A program made the translations under genes and the position numbers. A DNA stretch of 64,000 nucleotides from Bacteroidota bacterium. Its GTDB lineage: Bacteria; Bacteroidota; Bacteroidia; Flavobacteriales; TMED113. Position 1 is the stretch's first letter. The number at the start of each line of letters is the position of its first letter. The notes under the pieces were generated by a model. That model searched no databases and was not told the origin of the DNA. It saw only the letters and a list, made by a program, of their open reading frames with translations. Where the stretch lies: NCBI GenBank assembly GCA_036158635.1, contig JAYYFR010000008.1:684-64683 (forward strand), in the 5' to 3' direction. This document shows positions 60,420 through 64,000 of this stretch, piece by piece.

Positions 60420-61487
60420 TTAATTAACAATTTGTTTATCTAATTTAATTAAATCTAGCTTTCTTTTTTCTAGTATAGATCTGTAAACCTTAGCTTTTTT
60501 GTTTCCTAGATTTAAAGACTTATTAATCCAGGTAATTGCAATATCAATTTTTCCATTTGCTTCTGATGCTAAAGCTAAATTAAAATACGCTCTAGAAGCA
60601 ACTGATGTATTTTTATAATCTGTAAACTGCTTCCAAATTTTTACTGCTTCTCTCCAATTATTATCAGAGGCATAATTAGATGCCTCCGTAAATAAATTAT
60701 TTGAATTATCACTCTTAATTTTAAAACCTTTTATGTTTTTTAAGTTTTTATAATATTCTCTATTTATAGTTATGTAATGAGGAGATACTCTAAAATAAAA
60801 TTGTTCACCTGAAAAAATAGCAGCTTGGGATATGGCGTAACCTAATTTAGGTAATCCCTTTTTAGCTAAAACAATAGTCCTATCAGAATTCTCGAATAAT
60901 TTTCTATCAAAAAATTTTTGTTCATCAATAATTTTCTTGTTTTTTAAATCATATATTCTCCATCCAGATTGAACTTCTATATCTAGGCCGGCGACATGTT
61001 CAATAACCTTTTTCCATTTACCATCAACCTTAACTTTTCTATCTTTTATTCCTAAGTCTAATACTTTAGAGGAAGAATCAAATGATTCTAAAACAATAAG
61101 TGCATCAACATCATAATTTTTAAAATTATTTTCTATTTTTTTCCATTTTAAAGGTTTTGGCATCTCAGAAGTGCCAGTACCTTTAAATTCAATACCCATA
61201 GTTGAAATTAAGTTAAATCGGGGAGAGTTTGTCATCTTAAGTTTTAATGAATTTATACAGTCGTTAGAAGAGAATTTGTCAACTCCTGGAGCTTCACCAG
61301 ACAATAAACCATCTAAGATATTTTCAGCTACATTATTCTTTTTAGGTGTACTTCTATTAACTATAGCAACTGTTTCTATTTCAGTTGGAATATTTATCTC
61401 GGCTGGTTTGATTGCTTCAAACTTTATATTTGAAATAGAACAAGAAGATATGATTAATATATAAAACAGAGGGAATATTTTTTTCAT
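60420..61487 (-). CDS. Lipoprotein, DUF6340-like, with C-terminal TPR
   Basis: Lipobox ISSC; KPAEI.IP, VAIVNR, VDALIVLE, WRIYD, REYY, W.EA..IW, AYFNLALA.EA.G. Confidence 0.7.
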   Translation of the reverse strand: MKKIFPLFYILIISSCSISNIKFEAIKPAEINIPTEIETVAIVNRSTPKKNNVAENILDGLLSGEAPGVDKFSSNDCINSLKLKMTNSPRFNLISTMGIEFKGTGTSEMPKPLKWKKIENNFKNYDVDALIVLESFDSSSKVLDLGIKDRKVKVDGKWKKVIEHVAGLDIEVQSGWRIYDLKNKKIIDEQKFFDRKLFENSDRTIVLAKKGLPKLGYAISQAAIFSGEQFYFRVSPHYITINREYYKNLKNIKGFKIKSDNSNNLFTEASNYASDNNWREAVKIWKQFTDYKNTSVASRAYFNLALASEANGKIDIAITWINKSLNLGNKKAKVYRSILEKRKLDLIKLDKQIVN

Positions 61488-61581
61488 TTGTTATAACAAT
61501 TATGTTTTTAAAGATAATATAATTTAAATATAGAATTAATATTATATTGGGTTGTTTTCATTGTGAACAGAAAGTAATAAA

Positions 61582-62619
61582 GTGAAAAAAAATTTATTAA
61601 TATTATTGATTAGTTCCATGGGGTTTTCTCAAGATTGCTATGATGACAATTATACAATGCAAGTGGGATTAAGTATTTGGACATCTGGTATTGTTGGCTG
61701 TGATGATGGTATTAGTTTTTTAGAAGATGCAGGTTATCCTTGTAATACTCCTTTAAGTACATTAAACAATCCATTTTGGGGATCAAACCCAAATGAAACG
61801 CTTTTTAATATTTGTAGTTGTACCTGCGAAGAACAATCCCCAAATTTTTGTGAAGACTCAGCCGCTTGTAATTATGGTTTAGTTGGAGAATGTGAATATA
61901 TTGAACCAAATGAATGTGATTGTGAAGGAAATACACCAGAATTTGGGTACGATTGTAATGACGACTGTCTGAATGATACTGATGGTGATGGAATTTGTGA
62001 TGAGTTTGAGGTTAGCGGATGTACGGATTCCATAGCTTGTAACTTTGACGAAAACGCAACGGATGATGATAATTCTTGCACCTATCCAGATGAGATCTAT
62101 TTAGATTGTTATGGAAACTGTATAAATGATACGGATGGTGATGGTATTTGTGATGAATTTGAAGTTAACGGATGTACTGACCCCACAGCTTGTAACTTTG
62201 ACGAAAATGCAACGAATGATGATAATTCTTGCACCTATCCAGATGAGATCTATTTAGATTGTTATGGAAACTGTATAAATGATTACGATGAAGATGGTAT
62301 TTGCGATCAATTTGAAGAATTTTCTTGTGATCAATATCCAGATCCTGGACCTTGTTTTGCGGCTATTGAAATATTTTATTTTAATCAAGAAACTGATTTA
62401 TGTGAAAGTTTTATATGGGGAGGGTGTGCTGGTGTCGTACCATTTGAAACGTTGATTGATTGTCAAAATCAATGTCAAAATTATTCTTCAATTAATAAAA
62501 TAAATGATAATAAGAAACTTATAAAATCAATTAATATTTTAGGAAAGATAGATTCGTCTAACAAACTAAAACTTTTAATTTATGATGACGGAAGCGTTGT
62601 AAAAAAATATAAGTATTAA
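61582..62619 (+). CDS. Secreted Cys/Asp-rich repeat protein with a BPTI/Kunitz domain and a short C-terminal signal
   Basis: GTG start; signal peptide ending GFSQ; GCTD repeats; CDQYPDPGPCFAAIEIFYFNQETDLCESFIWGGC...F....CQNQC. Confidence 0.85.
   Translation: MKKNLLILLISSMGFSQDCYDDNYTMQVGLSIWTSGIVGCDDGISFLEDAGYPCNTPLSTLNNPFWGSNPNETLFNICSCTCEEQSPNFCEDSAACNYGLVGECEYIEPNECDCEGNTPEFGYDCNDDCLNDTDGDGICDEFEVSGCTDSIACNFDENATDDDNSCTYPDEIYLDCYGNCINDTDGDGICDEFEVNGCTDPTACNFDENATNDDNSCTYPDEIYLDCYGNCINDYDEDGICDQFEEFSCDQYPDPGPCFAAIEIFYFNQETDLCESFIWGGCAGVVPFETLIDCQNQCQNYSSINKINDNKKLIKSINILGKIDSSNKLKLLIYDDGSVVKKYKY
61966..62319 (+). repeat. Intragenic 153-bp tandem repeat, about 2.3 copies
   Basis: Copies start at 61966, 62119 and 62272. 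Bases 62063-62130 are identical to 62216-62283 (68 nt). Confidence 0.9.
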
Positions 62620-62730
62620 TCGTTGAAAATATTACTTATAGTAATTTCAACTTTTCAAAATTAAAGACTAATTTTAAACTTAGTCCTGTTATTTAATATT
62701 AATTTTCGTTTTTTAACTAATTAAGTTAGG

Positions 62731-64000
62731 GTGTATAAATTTTTTATTAATTTTTTTTTATTACTTTTTCCAATTTGGATTTTTTGTCAAGATTGGATTT
62801 TTTTAGGTAACTATGAAGGTTATTCTAGACACCATCCCATAACTTTTTCCTGGGATAAATATGGTTTTATTATTGCTGGTCAAAACTCTGATGGTGAATA
62901 TTTAGATGATGTTTTTAAGTATGACTCTGAATATAATTCTTGGGAAGAACTTGAGAGCTTCCCTGGTGGACCAAGAGGTTATGCATATGGGGTAGCTAAT
63001 GAAACTCATGGTTATGTTGGTTTTGGAAAAAATGAAGATGGATATCCAAATGATTGGTGGAGATATAGTTTTCTAGAAAACATATGGGAACAATTGCCTA
63101 ATTTCCCTGGCATAGGGAGAAGTCACCCGGCTATGATTATTACTGAAAATAAAATTTATGTTGGTCTAGGGAGTGCAAATGGTCAGAATTTTGGTGATTG
63201 GTGGGAATATGATATTTTAAATGACTTTTGGTCACAAAAAACAAATTTTCCATATGGAAACAGACATCACCCTTATTATTTTTCAATTAACGAAACCCCC
63301 TATGTTGGTTTTGGTCACGGTGATTATATAGATAATAATATAAATATTTATAATGATTTTTATAAATATGACGTCAGTTTAGATAATTGGATACAATTAA
63401 ACGATTTTCCCTCAGAAGGTAGGGTAGCAGGAACACAGTTTTCATTTAATAACAAAGGATATATTCTCAGCGGTGATGGAGACGATCATGGACCACTTGA
63501 TACTGGAGAGTTCTGGGAATATGATCCGTTAAACGATAACTGGACTCAATTAACTTCACATCCTGGAGGGGCAAGGTGGGCTCCTGGTTCATTTGTAATT
63601 GATTGTGATGTGTATTTAACATCAGGTTATGAAGGAGATATTAATGCTTATCTAAATGATTTATTTAAATATAAAATAACTGAATCATGTGGTTGTACAG
63701 ATCAAAATTCATTTAACTTTAATCCCCTTTCCACAATTGATGATAATAGCTGTTGCTATAACTCAGGATGTACAGACATTTCTGCTCTTAATTTCAATCC
63801 GGAAGCATGTTTTGATGATAATAGTTGTATTACAACAAATTCAGGTTGTACTGACAACACTGCAACTAACTATGATGAAAATGCAATAGTTGATGATGGT
63901 TCATGTAATTATATAGTTTCTCAAAATATTAATTTACAGGAGGGTTGGTCAATTATCTCTACTTACTTGAACCCAGTGGAAAATAATATGGATTCTATAT
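62731..64000 (+). CDS. Secreted Kelch-repeat protein with GCTD repeats; partial, runs off the right edge
   Basis: Not in the ORF track. GTG at 62731 gives MYKFFINFFLLLFPIWIFCQ; Kelch blades SRHHP, GPRGYAYG, GRSHPAM, NRHHPYYF, GRVAGTQF, ARWAPGSF; then GCTD repeats. The start codon is uncertain. Confidence 0.82.
   Translation, partial: MYKFFINFFLLLFPIWIFCQDWIFLGNYEGYSRHHPITFSWDKYGFIIAGQNSDGEYLDDVFKYDSEYNSWEELESFPGGPRGYAYGVANETHGYVGFGKNEDGYPNDWWRYSFLENIWEQLPNFPGIGRSHPAMIITENKIYVGLGSANGQNFGDWWEYDILNDFWSQKTNFPYGNRHHPYYFSINETPYVGFGHGDYIDNNINIYNDFYKYDVSLDNWIQLNDFPSEGRVAGTQFSFNNKGYILSGDGDDHGPLDTGEFWEYDPLNDNWTQLTSHPGGARWAPGSFVIDCDVYLTSGYEGDINAYLNDLFKYKITESCGCTDQNSFNFNPLSTIDDNSCCYNSGCTDISALNFNPEACFDDNSCITTNSGCTDNTATNYDENAIVDDGSCNYIVSQNINLQEGWSIISTYLNPVENNMDSI

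Overview
Very AT-rich bacterial chromosome segment from a Bacteroidota, probably a marine Flavobacteriales-like genome. Support: T9SS cargo plus PorP/SprF, TAnnTTTG promoters, no obvious Shine-Dalgarno sites, and signal peptides ending before Gln. Bases 1-24.5 kb are mostly housekeeping: TonB receptor, LOG, uvrA, lytic transglycosylase, rfbC, MscS, RluA, panB, dnaK, dnaA, M42-type peptidase, ribD, prmC, ligA. A lone phage replication-initiator-like gene sits among them. Bases 24.6-41.6 kb hold two very large acidic SprB-repeat adhesins with type-B T9SS tails and one PorP/SprF. Bases 41.6-64 kb hold msrB, an exported J-domain-like protein, hsp20, ung, many secreted modular proteins and an uncharacterised five-gene CsgG/LPP20/DUF6175-like operon. 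The secreted proteins share Cys/Asp-rich GCTD repeats and a short, non-canonical C-terminal signal. Strongest leads: (1) a sigma54-type promoter plus an identical TGAC-N5-GTCA palindrome upstream of both dnaK and hsp20; (2) the orphan phage replisome-organiser-like gene; (3) a ~40-aa C-terminal sorting motif on six proteins; (4) the CsgG-like envelope operon; (5) domains nested inside SprB repeats. I recognised no rRNA, tRNA, CRISPR array or transposase. All family calls come from reading motifs by eye; no database searches were run.
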